A stretch of 64,000 nt of DNA, taken from assembly GCA_038087875.1 (NCBI GenBank), contig CM075993.1:2854001-2918000 (forward strand), in the 5' to 3' direction. Position 1 is the stretch's first letter. Every line of letters begins with the position of its first letter. A model generated the notes under the pieces. The model was not told the DNA's origin. It worked only from the letters and a program-made list of their open reading frames with translations, and did not search any database. Source of the stretch: Malacoraja senta (Eukaryota). This document shows, one piece after another, positions 12,121-24,632 of the stretch. Made by a program: the position numbers and the translations under genes.

Positions 12121-12479
12121 GGCTCCACCCCGACTCCAGTCACTTTTCCATGAACACGGTGAATACACAGCGGCATCTGTGCCTGTTTGAGTAATTGCTT
12201 TCTAGCGAAGGGTTTACCGGGACAAATATTGTAGCCGCGTGCATGGAATGCCTGACGTTGGGATGGATTTCAAAAGACTTGAATAATGCATTGTTTGTCC
12301 TGTCAGCTGTGAGTTCAACATATGTTGATTTATATTTGACAAGGATGTTTGAACAGAATCGGTCGCCTGACTGATTCTTCAGGCTACGCAACTTGGTGGA
12401 AGATGAATATCATATTGGGATTGACGTGCAAAGCATTGGAGGGCCTGCAAATACTAGGCGGTGACGTCTAGCTGAGAGA

Positions 12480-12765
12480 ATACAGCGCGGAGACGCTGAG
12501 TCCGCGCCGACCAGCGACCCCCCGCACACCAACATTATCCAACGCACACTGGGGACAATTTCTACACTTACACCGAGCCAATTAACCTACAAACCTGGAC
12601 GTCTTTGGAGTGCGGGAGGAAAGCGAAGGTCTCGGAGAAAACCCACGCGGGTCACGGGGAGAACGGACAAACTCCGTACAGACAGCACCTGTAGACGGGA
12701 TCGAACCCGGGTCTCCGGAGCTGCATTAGCTGTAAGGCAGCAACTCTACCGCTGAGCCACCGTGC
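12480..12765 (-). mobile_element. HE1-like SINE
   Basis: Reverse complement of consensus. Confidence 0.85.
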
Positions 12766-13809
12766 CGATGTGCTGTGCCATTGTTCCTGTTGGAGGTATA
12801 ATGGGCTTTGCTGGGTGTGGCATGATTGAATGGCAGGAGTGGACGATGGGCCGAATGGCCTAATTCTGCCCCGATGGCTTATGACCTTCTGACGATTTGC
12901 CCGGTGTTGTGCCGGGGGGTGGGGGGGGGGCGGATGTATGGAGCAGGCGGCTTGTCTCCAGTAGTGCTGGGGCGAGCTGGCCCACTCCTGGTGGCTCCTG
13001 GAATGGGACCATGCTCCACACTCCAGCATCCGCAGTCCCTTGACTCCAGTGTTACTCATCTTGAGGCTCTCTGTTTCTCTCTTCCATTGCGTCCCATGGT
13101 TTATTGAAGTTCCCGCAAGGTTGCACCTCTCAGAGTTCTCCAGCTCCTGCGTTATTCACCTGGGTGTCTGGTGGCAATTTCCCTTCACGGGGCAACCTCT
13201 TTATAAGGTTGTCCGCCCATCCCACGCGCATAGTAATCTCTCCACCAGAACTCAGTGAACAACCAGTTGTGATAATGCAGGAAGGAACTGCAGGTGCTGG
13301 TTTAAACTGAAGATAGACACAAAAAGCTGGAGTCACTCAGCGGGACAGGGCAGCGTCCCTGGAGAGAAGGAATAGGTGACGTCTTCAGATTGGAAGATGT
13401 CAGTGAGTTTCATTCTGGACGATACATTGATGATTTTTTATTGATCGGTATGAATGCAATCATCTTTTTCATCTCACACTCTATGAGCAGCGATGACATG
13501 GCTATGCTGTGTCTCAGAGAGAATCTTGTGCAGGCACAGAGATGATTGGGACACATGATATCCATCAGGGTTTAGCGGCTTCATCCCAGTTCGCGAAGAC
13601 CACGAATCCTCATCTTGGCAGTAAAATTCATCACAGCATCGATCTCATGCTTACAGACACTGCCATGTAATAATGAGGGACAGGAGGCGCTGGTCTGTAC
13701 CAAAGATAGACGCAACATTACTGGAGTAGCTCAGCAGGTCAGGCAGCATCTCTGGAGAAAACGGACAGGTGACGTTTGGACTTGGGGGGCCCCTTCTTCA
13801 GACTTTCAG

Positions 13810-14268
13810 TTTTAGTTTTGAGAAACAGCGCAAAACAAAAGGCCCTTCGGCCCACCGGGTCCACGCCGTCCAGCGATCCCCGCACGTTAACACCATCCTG
13901 GGGTGGAGATTGCAACCTTCACGTGGTCCGACGAATGCAATCAACCCGGCATGCACAATCAAATAAGATCAAAGGGAACAAGTTGTCGTACAACTTTAGG
14001 CCGTGCACGCCATACGCACGAAGAAGAAGAAGGAGAACACTATCCTACACACACTAGGGACAATTTGTACATTTATACCAAGCCAATTAACCTACAAACC
14101 CGCACGTCTTTGGAGTGTGGGAGGAAACCGAAGATCTCGGAGAAAACCCACACTAGGAGAACGTACAAACTCCGTACAGACAGCACCCGTGGTTGGGATC
14201 GAACCCGGGTCTCCGGCGCTGCAAGCGCTGCAAGGCAGCGACTCTACCGCTGCACCACCGTGGCCGCC
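13810..14268 (-). mobile_element. HE1-like SINE interrupted at 13900-14035
   Basis: SINE consensus continues on both sides of the insert. Confidence 0.85.
13900..14035 (+). mobile_element. Short retroelement with 5' HDV-like ribozyme (10-nt deletion) and (GAA)n tail
   Basis: TSD AACAC(C/T)ATCCT at 13889-13899 and 14036-14046; homologous to 58684-58814. Confidence 0.85.
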
Positions 14269-14749
14269 CTCACCCCCCCCGCATTTTTTTTTTGTAAACC
14301 GGCATCTGCAGTTTCCTTGTGTCTCAAAATCTAGCCGTGAGTTGACTCGGTCGAAATGAAAATTCAATTTACTGTGGGATTGGCGAAGCCTACAACTGAA
14401 TCTCAGTCCTGGACGCTTGGATGGTCGCTGAGTGGTTTTGGTCAAACTGTGACCAGAGGAGCAGATCTGGGTCTTTAAATCTTCATGAGGTTGTGCTTTC
14501 AACCAAGGGGCCACCATCCCAGAGTCTTAGCTTGGCTTATCCTCGCTTCCAAACTCACACTCTGTCGACCATAATGTACCAGACGCTTTCTTTACAAATA
14601 GGGGAAGAGGGGAAGAGATTTCCGTTCACCTTTCATGACATTAAATAAAATAGGCAAGATATTTCATCAGTACTCCACACGCATAAACGTCTCTGCACCA
14701 AAGGCAAATGTTGCACACTTTCCCAGCATTTTAAGGACAGCCACGCTGG

Positions 14750-15018
14750 GCAGCGGCGGAGACCCGGGTTCGATCCTGACTCCTGTACGGAGTCCGTACG
14801 TTCTCCCCGTGACCTGCGTGGGTTTTCCTCCGAGATCTTCGGTTTCCTCCCGCACTCCAAAGACGTGTCGGGTGTGCTGGTTAATTGGCTTGGTGTAAAT
14901 GTAAACATTGTCCCCAGTGTGTGTAGGATCGTGTTAGTGTGCGGGGATCGCTGGTCGGCGCGGACCCGGTGGGCCGAAGGGCCTGTTTCCACGCTGTCTC
15001 TCTAAAGACTAAAACTAA
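14750..15018 (+). mobile_element. HE1-like SINE
   Basis: B box GGTTCGATCC, core and tail. Confidence 0.8.
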
Positions 15019-15184
15019 GATATCATTCTGCCAGTGAATGCGTGTTGTTAATGATTATTGAGTCATAGACTCATTACAGCACATCACAATTCCGCAACAG
15101 CTCTGCCCAAGACCACAGGGAATTGCAGAGTTGTTGATGTGAACCAGACCATCACACAGACTGTAGGTGCTCCCACTGGTTCCA

Positions 15185-15599
15185 CCGGTCGGTCCGCAAT
15201 AACCAACCTGAACTCCCGGTGGCTCAGCACTTCAACTCCCCCTCCCATTCCGTATCTGACCTCTCTGTCCTGGGTCTCCTCCATGGCCACAGCGAGCAAC
15301 ACCGTAAATTGGAGGAAATGCACCTCATATTCCGCTTGGGCAGTCTACATCCTGGTGGCCTGAACGTTGAATTCTCCCAATTCTGCTAGCCCTGGCTGTC
15401 CCCTCCCCTTCATCAGCCCTCTGGTTGTCTCCTCCCCTCCCCCAGCCCTCGGGCTCCTCCTCCGCCTTTTCCTTTTTTCCTTTCTTCTCCCCACCCCCTA
15501 TCAGTCTGAAGAAGGGTTTCGGCCCGAAACGTTGCCTATTTCCTTCGCTCCATAGATGCTGCCGCACCCTGCTGAGTTTCTCCAGCATTTTTGTGTACC
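15185..15599 (+). mobile_element. Penelope-like 3' fragment: degenerate GIY-YIG C-terminus, 3' UTR and hammerhead
   Basis: Aligns with 16890-17099 (NNQPELPVAQHFNSP); core CTGAAGAAGGGTTTCGGCCCGAAACGTT from 15506. Confidence 0.85.
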
Positions 15600-15869
15600 T
15601 ATAGATAGATTCTTGATTAGTACAGGTGTGGGGGGTTTTGGGGAGAAGGCAGGAGAATGGGGTAGAGAGGGAGAGATAGATCAGCCATGATTGAATGGCA
15701 GAGAAGATGAGCCAAATGGCCTTTATCTGCTCCTATCACTTATGACCTTATGACCACATGTTGTCACTTGTGGGCGGAGCACCAAGGCAAATTCCTTGTA
15801 TGTGAATACTTGGGCCAATAAACTTATTCATTCATTACACTTGGAAAAGTGGCCAACACAACCAAAGGC

Positions 15870-16000
15870 TAGAACCACCCTGGTTACTCCTTCTTCTGCT
15901 TGCTCCTGTCCGGCAGAAGGTACCGAAGCTTAAAGGAACACACCGCCAGACTCAGGAACAGCTCCTTCCCCTCCATTAACAGATTTTTGAATGGTCCTTC
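15870..16000 (+). pseudogene. Rex1/Babar-like LINE ORF C-terminal fragment
   Basis: HPGYSFFCLLLSGRRYRSLK..RLRNSSFPSINRFLN. Confidence 0.7.
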
Positions 16001-16186
16001 CATAAACTCGGATACCGTCTGATTCGACGCTCCGCACACATTTTTTTTTACATTGGGATTAAGATTTTATTTCCCCGTTAAAATTCTATAACAGGCATAA
16101 AACAGGCACTCTGCGCATCAGCAAGCACTAATCCCATTTACGACCCCACCCATTCCCATCAAATCATTCCCGATTCTAAAACACTG

Positions 16187-16497
16187 AGTCCAGAACCAGG
16201 GGCCACAGTTTAAGAATAAGGAGTAAGCCATTTAGAACGGAGACGAGGAAACACTTTTTCTCACAGAGAGTGGTGAGTCTGTGGAATTCTCTGCCTCAGA
16301 GGGCGGTGGAGGCAGGTTCTCTGGATGCTTTCAAGAGAGAGCTAGATAGGGCTCTTAAAGATAGCGGAGTCAGGGGATATGGGGAGAAGGCAGGAACGGG
16401 GGTACTGATTGGGGATGATCAGCCATGATCACATTGAATGGCGGTGCTGGCTCGAAGGGCCGAATGGCCTACTCCTGCACCTATTGTCAATTGTCTA
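16187..16497 (+). mobile_element. CR1 3' end, young subfamily
   Basis: Near-identical to 5750-6070. Confidence 0.88.
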
Positions 16498-16520
16498 TAA
16501 CACTATAGTGTTAATAAGGA

Positions 16521-16720
16521 CAGAGAGTGCTGGAGTAACTCAGGCAGCATCTGTGGAGAACATGGATAGGTGACGTTTCACAGAGTGCTGGAGTAACTCA
16601 GCGGGTCAGGCAGCATCTGTGGAGAACATGGATAGGTGACGTTTCACAGAGTGCTGGAGTAACTCAGCGGGTCAGGCAGCATCTCTGGAGAACGTGGACA
16701 GTTGACGTTTCGGGTCGGGA
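16521..16720 (-). repeat. 66-bp tandem repeat derived from the PLE terminus, ~3 units
   Basis: Unit CAGAGTGCTGGAGTAACTCAGCGGGTCAGGCAGCATCTGTGGAGAACATGGATAGGTGACGTTTCA at 16581 and 16647. Confidence 0.85.
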
Positions 16721-16841
16721 TGTTTAAGAATCGTCACATATCTGGAACGTCACCTAGCCCATGTTCCCCAGAGATGCTGCCTGACCCGCTGAGTTACTCC
16801 AGCACTCTGTGTTATATTGGTGTAAACCAGCATCTGCGGTT

Positions 16842-17099
16842 CTCTACATCGGTGAGACCAAGCGCAGGCTTGGCGATCGCTTCGCCCAACAACTCCGCTC
16901 GGCTCGCAATAACCAACCCGATCTCCCGGTGGCCCAGCACTTCAATTCCCCCTCCCATTCCGAATCCGACCTTTCTGTCCTGGGCCTCCTCCATGGCCAG
17001 AGTGAGTCCCACCGCAAATTGGAGGAGCAGCACCTCATATTTCGCTTGGGTAGTTTACACCCCAGCGGTATGAACATTGACTTCTCCAATTTCAGGTAG
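16842..17099 (+). pseudogene. Penelope-like GIY-YIG endonuclease C-terminal fragment
   Basis: LYIGETKRRLGDRF..PVAQHFNSPSH..RKLEEQHLIFRLGSLHPSGMN: YIG motif with conserved R, E, N; 5'-truncated. Confidence 0.88.
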
Positions 17100-17545
17100 T
17101 CCTTGCTTTCTCCCTCCTTCCCCTCCCCCTCCCCAGCTCTCCCACAGCCCACTGTCTCCGCCTCTTCCTTTCTTTCTCCTGCCCCCCCCCGATATCAGCT
17201 GAAGAAGGGTCTCGACCCGAAACGAAGCGAAGGAATAGGTGACGTTTCGGGTCGAGACCAGGAAGCATCTATGGAGCGAAGGAATAGGTGACGTTTCGGG
17301 TCGAGACCAGGAAGCATCTATGGAGCGAAGGAATAGGTGACGTTTCGGGTCGAGACCAGGAAGCATCTATGGAGCGAAGGAATAGGTGACGTTTCGGGTC
17401 GAGACCCTTCCGGGTCTCGACCCGAAACGTCACCTATTCCTTCGCTCCATAGATGCTGCCTCACCCGCTGAGTTTCTCCAGCATTTTTGTCTACCTTCGA
17501 TTTTTCCAGCATCTGCAGTTCCTTCTTAAACATCTGCAGTTCCTT
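17100..17545. mobile_element. PLE 3' UTR with hammerhead core (17199), inverted 49-bp tandem array and palindromic terminus
   Basis: Units start at 17262, 17311, 17360; same central junction as 10150. Confidence 0.8.
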
Positions 17546-18122
17546 GCTTCCGCTCAAGTGCATACAGTATCCAATTCGCCCACATCACATACATAAATGT
17601 TACCCCATAGAATTGAAATTTCAGGCTTCTATGTTCAATAGCAAACCTCGTTAAATGTACAAAGGTTCACTGAAAAAGTACGATTCCAATGGTGTGGATT
17701 CGAAGGCGTCTAAAACGCTTAAATACAACACATCGATATACTAAAATCCTACGTTGGGATGGTATCGATAATCTGGCTCTTGATGTGATGTGGTATTAGT
17801 CACACTGTCACGTCTGGTAAATAAAAGTGTTGCATGATATTCGCAAACCATGGTGAAGTGTTCTGAACACAAAATGAATTCCCTCTAAGCCACCGAATGC
17901 AATTTCCATCCGGGGAGACAAGAATTGAAACGGATCAGCTTAGCTTTGCAAATGTTGCCTTGAGTAAATATAATAGAGTTCCAATGGATGTTAACGTTGG
18001 AAAAGAAGGGAGAATGAAATGTGCAACGTAATGCCCAGGAGAAAACAGTGTTCGGCACGGACTAGAAGGGCCGAGATGGCCTGTTTCCGTGCTGTAATTG
18101 TTATATGGTTATACATCTCATG

Positions 18123-18447
18123 TTTAGTTTAGTCTAGAGATGCAGCGCGGAAACAGGCCCTTCGGCCCGTCGAGCCCGCACCGACCAGCGATCCCCGCAC
18201 ACTAACACAAGCCTACACACACACGAGGGGACAATTTTACACTTGTACCAAGTATACCAACCCGCGCCGATTAAAACGTCTTTGGAGTGTGGGAGGAAAC
18301 CGAAGATCTCGGAGAAAACCCACACAGGTCACGGGGAGAACGTACAAACTCCGTACAGACAGCACCCGTAGTCGGGATCGAACCCGGGTCTCCGGCGCTG
18401 CAAGCGCTGTAAGGCAGCAACTCTACCGCTGCGCCACCGTGCCGCCC
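18123..18447 (-). mobile_element. HE1-like SINE
   Basis: Full-length reverse complement. Confidence 0.88.
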
Positions 18448-18648
18448 AGTTCTCAGGGTGTCTCATCTCCATTGGTTCACTTAGAGTACCACGTCATTTC
18501 TATACAGCCACTTTGCGCCTTGTACGTCATCAGTAACAGAGGTGATTTAGTGGGGACACAGACACCAAATGCTGGAGTAACTCAGCGGGACAGGCAGCAT
18601 CTCTGGGGGGAAGGAATGGGTGAGGTTTCGGGTCGAGACCCTTCTTTA

Positions 18649-18956
18649 AGGGGCTGTCCCACTGTACGAGTTCATTCAAGAGCTCTCCTGAGTTTAAAAA
18701 AAAACCAAACTCGTGGTAAGCACGTAGAATGTACGTAGCGGGTACGTCGGAGCTCGGGGACGTCTCTTAGCGGCTCGTAACGCTAACGGCAGGTATTCGG
18801 GAAACGCGGTAAGCTCATGAAGATTTATCAACATGTTGAAAAATGTCCACGAGAGCCCCGAGTACCCACGAGCGGCCATTACCGTAATTCTCCGAGTTCG
18901 AATCAGGGGAAACCCGGGAGAGCTTTTGAATTGGCTCGTACAGTGGGACAGCCCCA
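18649..18956. mobile_element. Harbinger-type MITE family A
   Basis: TIR AGGGGCTGTCCCAC / GTGGGACAGCCCCA; TTA TSD; inserted in a PLE end. Confidence 0.88.
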
Positions 18957-19319
18957 TTAGACTCCTGTGTATCTTCATTTTGTGTCTATCTTCGATTTGG
19001 AGATACAGCGTGGAAACAGGCCTTTCGGCTGACCAAGTCTGCACCAACCAGTGATCCCCGTACACTAGCCCGACCATGCACTCCCTTTGGACAATTGACC
19101 ATTTTACCGGTAACTAGAGTCCATCACACTAGTTCTATATTATCCCATTTTTGCATCCACTCCCTACACACTAGTGGGCTATTGATAGAGGCCAACTATC
19201 CTACATACCCACACGTCTTTGGGATGTGGGAGAAAACTGGAGATTCATTTGCTATATCAGCGTTAGGTATTCACGTCACTCGGAGCCCGTTCCCATCAAA
19301 GCCAAGGTACTAGTGTTGA

Positions 19320-19625
19320 GGCACGCACAGTGGCAACAGCTGGTCCTCAGCACCAGGTACCCCAGGTTCGATCCCCACCTCGGCTGCCATCTACGTGGAG
19401 TTTGCACGTTTTCCCTTTGACTGTGCGGGTTTTTCTTCAGGTGCTCCGGTTTCCCTCCCACATCCCAATTGACCTACAAAGCGGGTTTGTAGGTCAATTG
19501 TCCACGCTAAATTGTGCAGGGGGTGGATGTAAAAGTGGGATAACATTGAACCGGTGATCGATGGCCGACGTGGACGCGATGGGACGAAGGGCCTGTTTCC
19601 CTGCCGCTGCATCTTTCAATGAATG
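19320..19625 (+). mobile_element. Older HE1-like SINE
   Basis: B box GGTTCGATCCC, diverged core and tail. Confidence 0.7.
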
Positions 19626-20150
19626 AATGAGTTACTTCCAGTAGCTCAATCATGTCCTGCATTAAGACCAGCACATTGTATTCGGCATCCGATCTTCATT
19701 TCCACTGAACCTGGTGGAATAAGTTTCCGAGACTGAGCATAATGCACAGATGATACTGTATGGGTGGCAGAGAGATGGGAGTAGCTTTAGCTGATGTCTT
19801 CAATCTCGAATAGAAATGAAGAATAACATTGCAGAGAAGAATTCTCTCTCTCTCTCTCGCTGTTCATCGTGACATATCATTATCCACCTACCAACAATTA
19901 ATTTGTGCTAACTTGCTTTTAAAGGGGGTGTTGGACTAGGGAAATCAATACAGCAGGTTCTTGACCCAGGGTGAGTCGGTTTATTAACTTAAGCTCAGAA
20001 CCTTCAGATTTATACCTCGTCACCGTCGGAGTTTAGCCATTGTGAGGCCCGGCCGTTATCTAGCTGCTCATGCTTCGAAGGAAGAAACCCGCATTGCAAA
20101 TTCTCACTCTTATTTGTATTAATTCCAAGTGCAAGCTGTCCCGAAAATCA

Positions 20151-20350
20151 NNNNNNNNNNNNNNNNNNNNNNNNNNNNNNNNNNNNNNNNNNNNNNNNNN
20201 NNNNNNNNNNNNNNNNNNNNNNNNNNNNNNNNNNNNNNNNNNNNNNNNNNNNNNNNNNNNNNNNNNNNNNNNNNNNNNNNNNNNNNNNNNNNNNNNNNNN
20301 NNNNNNNNNNNNNNNNNNNNNNNNNNNNNNNNNNNNNNNNNNNNNNNNNN
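20151..20350. other. Assembly gap (200 N)
   Basis: Run of N. Confidence 1.
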
Positions 20351-20911
20351 ATTCCACACGCCACTAATGTGGTCTAAAGTTGACAGGCAGCATCACTTAG
20401 TCTGTACAGTACCGAGGCGATAATGACATTGGAAATAAATTTAGCTCTTTGAAGGGAGACTTACGAGCGCTGATAATTCCCTGAGATGAGGCCAATTAGT
20501 TTCCTTCAACGTTTGGAAAGGGAAAAATAAACGTTACTTGGCTGGAAATATATCGGCCTTTCTTCCCAACACAATATTGCATTTTTAGATTGCCCTGAAA
20601 TATTCCGGATGATGAAACGTCAGTCAGAACAATAGTTGAAATGATGTTGGTTTGTGATTTGACACTAACAATGTTAGATATTAAATTGCTAAAGAGAAAC
20701 ACTTCAGGATTGACAGGAGAAGAGTCATTCATTAAAACGCGAGGATTGAACGCAATGAAACCTGCAAAACATGTTTGCTCCGATTCGCTGCAAAGTTTCA
20801 GGGTGCAAAATTAGCCTGTCCCATCCCTTAAGAATTGTATATGTCTCTATAAGATTCCGAACCCAGGGAAATGGAAAGGTCCTTCAGGAAGGACCTTCCC
20901 ATTTCCATGGG

Positions 20912-21300
20912 TTAGAAGGATGAGAGGGCATCTTATAGAAACATATACAATTCTTAAGGGATGGGACAGTCTAGATGCAGGAACAATGTTCCCCATGTTG
21001 GGGGAGTTCAGAACCAGGGGTCACACAGTTTACTAATGAGGGGTCGGCCATTTAGGACTGAGATGAGGAAAAACTTTTTCACCCAGTGGGTTGTGAATCT
21101 GAGGAATTCTCTGCCACAGGAGGCCAATTCATTGGATGTTTTCTGGAGAGAGTTAGATTTGGCTAACGGAATAAAGGGAGATGAGGAAAAAGCAGGAACG
21201 GGGTATTGATTCTGGATGATCCATGATCATATTGAATGGCGGTGCTGGCTTGAAGGGCCGAATGGCCTACCCCTGCCCCTACTTTCTATGGTTCAATGTT
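20912..21300 (+). mobile_element. CR1 3' end
   Basis: GRPFRTEMRKNFFTQWVVNL.. plus 3' UTR. Confidence 0.85.
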
Positions 21301-21677
21301 ACAGATTCATGGAGTTTTCATATTAGGGATATAGCATGGAAACAGGCCCTTCGGCCCAACAGGTGCACACTAGCCCATTCATTCTCGAGTTTAGGTTTAT
21401 GATTGGTACAGTGATCAGCTTTGTTCTACCCGTGTTGCAAACAGATCGGACAATACTGTTGATTGGCTATTTCATCCTAGCCAATTTTAGTGCTCGTTAG
21501 TAGTAGCTGAGCAGAACGTGACACGCAGAAACGGTTCTTTGACAAGTCCAGCAAGCCACTTAAACCTCTCGCACGTGGACAAGTGGTTCGTCTGCAGACC
21601 AACAAGGGCTATGCACGTCTGGGACACATCCACGGCCCTGCTAAAGAGCCGCTGTCTTATTTGGTCGAGGGGGGGAT

Positions 21678-21925
21678 CACGTAGAATGTACGTAGCGGGT
21701 ACGTCGGAGCTCGGGGACGTCTCTTAGCGGCTCGTAACGCTAACGGCAGGTACTCGGGAAACGCGGTAAGCTCGGGAAGACTCGTGAAGATTTTTCAACA
21801 TGGTGAAAAACGTCCACGAGAGCCCCGAGTACCGACGAGCGGCCATTACCGTAAATCTCCGAGTTCGAATCGGGGGCAAACTCGGGGAGAGCTCTTGAAT
21901 GAACTCGTACCGTGGGACAGGGCTT
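21678..21925. mobile_element. Harbinger-type MITE family A, one end missing
   Basis: Matches 18720-18956; one TIR GTGGGACAGGGCTT. Confidence 0.8.
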
Positions 21926-21944
21926 TGACGAGAATGATCCCAGG

Positions 21945-22145
21945 AAGGTAGACACCAAATGCTGGAGCAGATCAGCGGGTGAGGCAGCATCTCTGGAGAG
22001 ACGGAATGGGTGACGTTGCCGGGTCTCAGACACGAAACGTCACCCATTCCTTCTCTCCAGAGATGCTGCCTCACCCACTGGAGTTACTCCAGCATTTTGT
22101 GTCTACCTTCGATTTTATCCAGCATCTGCAGTGCTTTCTTACACA
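21945..22145. mobile_element. Palindromic PLE-derived element
   Basis: Inverted PLE arms. Confidence 0.7.
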
Positions 22146-22440
22146 CTGATCCCAGGAAGAATTGGGTTAACACTTGAAGCAACTCTACCGCTGCGCCACC
22201 ATGACGCCCCAATCCGTCTCTCGTGATAATTAAGTAATAGCGCCAGAAATACTCACACCTCCGAACTTTGATGAACCATCCTTGACTTGACACATGAACG
22301 GTCTCTTTCTACACAGAGATCCTGCCTAATACAATATGTGGCTCCCTCACACTTATTTGGGCATTACCAATTTACCATTACAATTTAATAAAAAGATTCA
22401 GTGAAGACTGGAATGACAATATTATCTAAAAAAAATAGAT

Positions 22441-23072
22441 CATAGCCTCAGAATTACAGGACGTTCCTTTCGGAAGGAGATGAGGAGGAATTTCTTTAGT
22501 CAGAGGGCGGTGAATCTGTGGGATTCTGTGCCACAGAAGGCTGTGGAGGCCAAGTCAGTGGATATTTTTTAAAGCAGAGACAGATAGATTCCTGATTAGT
22601 GGGGGTGGAAGGGGTTATGGGGAGAAGGTAGACAAAAGTACTGGAGAAACTCAGCGGGTGCAGCAGCATCTATGGAGCGAAGGAAATAGGCAATGTTTCG
22701 GGCCGAAACCCTGAAGGAAATAGGCAACGTTTCGGGACGAAAACCCGGAAGGGTTTCGGGCCGAAACATTGCCTATTTCCTTCGCTCCATAGATGCTGCT
22801 GCACCCGCTGAGTTTCTCCAGCAGGTAGACAAAAACGCTGGAGAAACTCAGCGGGTGCAGCAGCTTCTATGGAGCGAAGGAGATAGGCAACGTTTCGGGC
22901 CGAAACCCTTCTTCAGATTATGGGGAGAAGGCAGGAGAATGGGGTTAGGAGGGAGAGACAGATGTGGGCGGAGCACCAAGGCAAATTCCTTGTATGTGAA
23001 TAGCCATGATTGAATGGCGGAGTAGTCTTGATGGGCCGAATGGCCTAATTCTACTCCTATCACTTATGACCT
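22441..23072 (+). mobile_element. CR1 3' end with composite PLE insert 22629-22917
   Basis: 14-bp TSD TTATGGGGAGAAGG at 22615-22628 and 22918-22931. Confidence 0.85.
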
Positions 23073-23732
23073 TAAAATATTAATGCTACTTGTTAAGAAA
23101 CAAGAGAAGCATGTTTTTTCTTTTAATGGGGAAATTGTTGTAGCCGAGTATTTTTGTTTGCTTGATGCGTTCGACTCCAAACATGAGTCACACCGGCTTT
23201 CTGTTGCGAATACAGAGATTGATTATTTTACTTGGAATTATTTGCTATTCAGATTCTTTAGAACACGACCTTTCCAATGAAATGCACAACTTGACCTTTT
23301 CCCAACCACATTAAATCCTTTTTTTTTTTTTTAAATCATCAACCTTTATAAGGCAGTTTTGATATTTTTTGTATTTACTATATGAAGTTCTGTCATAATG
23401 CAGGCTTTTTTTTATCCTGTCAGAGGGCGATCATCTTGAGCGGAGCCACCGTAAGGGGTGGCGCAGTGGTGCGGCAAGTAGAGATTCTGCCTCGGAGCTC
23501 GGAGGCCCAAGTTCGATCCTGATCGCCGGTGCTGTCCGCACGCTCCCCCTTTAAACAGGTGGGTTTCCCCCCCCCCCCCCCCCCCGACAGTGGCGCAGCG
23601 GTAGAGTTGCTGCCTCACAGTGCCAGAAAACCGGGTTCGATCACGACTATGGGTGCTGTCTGTACGGAGTTTGTACGTTCTCCCCGTGACCTGCGTGGGG
23701 TTTTTCTCCGGGAGCTCCGGTTTCCTCCCACA

Positions 23733-24230
23733 CTCAGCGGGTCAGGCAGCATCTCTGGAGAACGTGGATAGGTGACGTTTCACAGAGTGCTGGAGTAACT
23801 CAGCGGGTCAGGCAGCATCTGTGGAGAACATGGATAGGTGACGTTTCACAGAGTAACGCTGGAGTAACTCAGCGGGTCAGGCAGCATCTGTGGAGAACAT
23901 GGATAGGTGACGTTTCACAAAGTGCTGGAGTAACTCAGCGGGTCAGGCAGCATCTGTGGAGCGAAGGAAATGGGCAACCTTTCGGGCCGAAACCCTGAAG
24001 GAAATAGGCAACGTTTCGGGCCGAAACCCGGAAGGGTTTCGGGCCGAAACGTTGCCTATTTCCTTCGCTCCATAGATGCTGCCGGAACATGGATAGGTGA
24101 CGTTTCCCAGAGTGCTGGAGTAACTCAGCGGGTCAGGCAGCATCTGTGGAGAACATGGATAGGTGACGTTTCACAGAGTGCTGGAGTAACTCAGCGGGTC
24201 AGGCAGCATCTCTGGAGAACGTGGATAAGG
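23733..24230 (-). repeat. 66-bp PLE-derived tandem array interrupted by a TTCG-type palindrome (~23961-24083)
   Basis: Units at 23783, 23849 and onward; same unit as 16581. Confidence 0.85.
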
Positions 24231-24632
24231 AACGTCCAAGCCTGTACCCTTCTTCAGGCTCAGAAGGATCTCAACCCAAAACTTCATCTCATATCCGTGG
24301 CTTCCAAAGATGCTGCCTGACCCGCTGAGTTACTCCAGCACGTTGTCTCTTTTTTTTTTTAAGCACACACCTGAATTTCGTCATTTCTGCCTGGAACTTT
24401 TCAGAACTGAAAAGGCTGATGTCGCCACGGACAACCTGGGAGAAACACCATTAAAAAAAGTATTTGGACTTTCCATGAGCAGTTTTTATTAGTCATAAAA
24501 ATCTCAGAGATTGGGGAAAAGATTGGTTGAATGGGCTTAATGGAGGAGCAGTATAAAATCCTCCAGAAATACATATAATTAAAATCGGGAACTTTATATT
24601 GCTTCTGTTACACGGAACCTCCAAACGAACTT

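Noticed and set aside
16809..17099. Functional GIY-YIG nuclease gene
   Set aside because: 5'-truncated, lacks the GIY half and RT; the ORF start comes from an adjacent repeat
20060..20423. ORFs spanning the N run
   Set aside because: Artefact of the assembly gap
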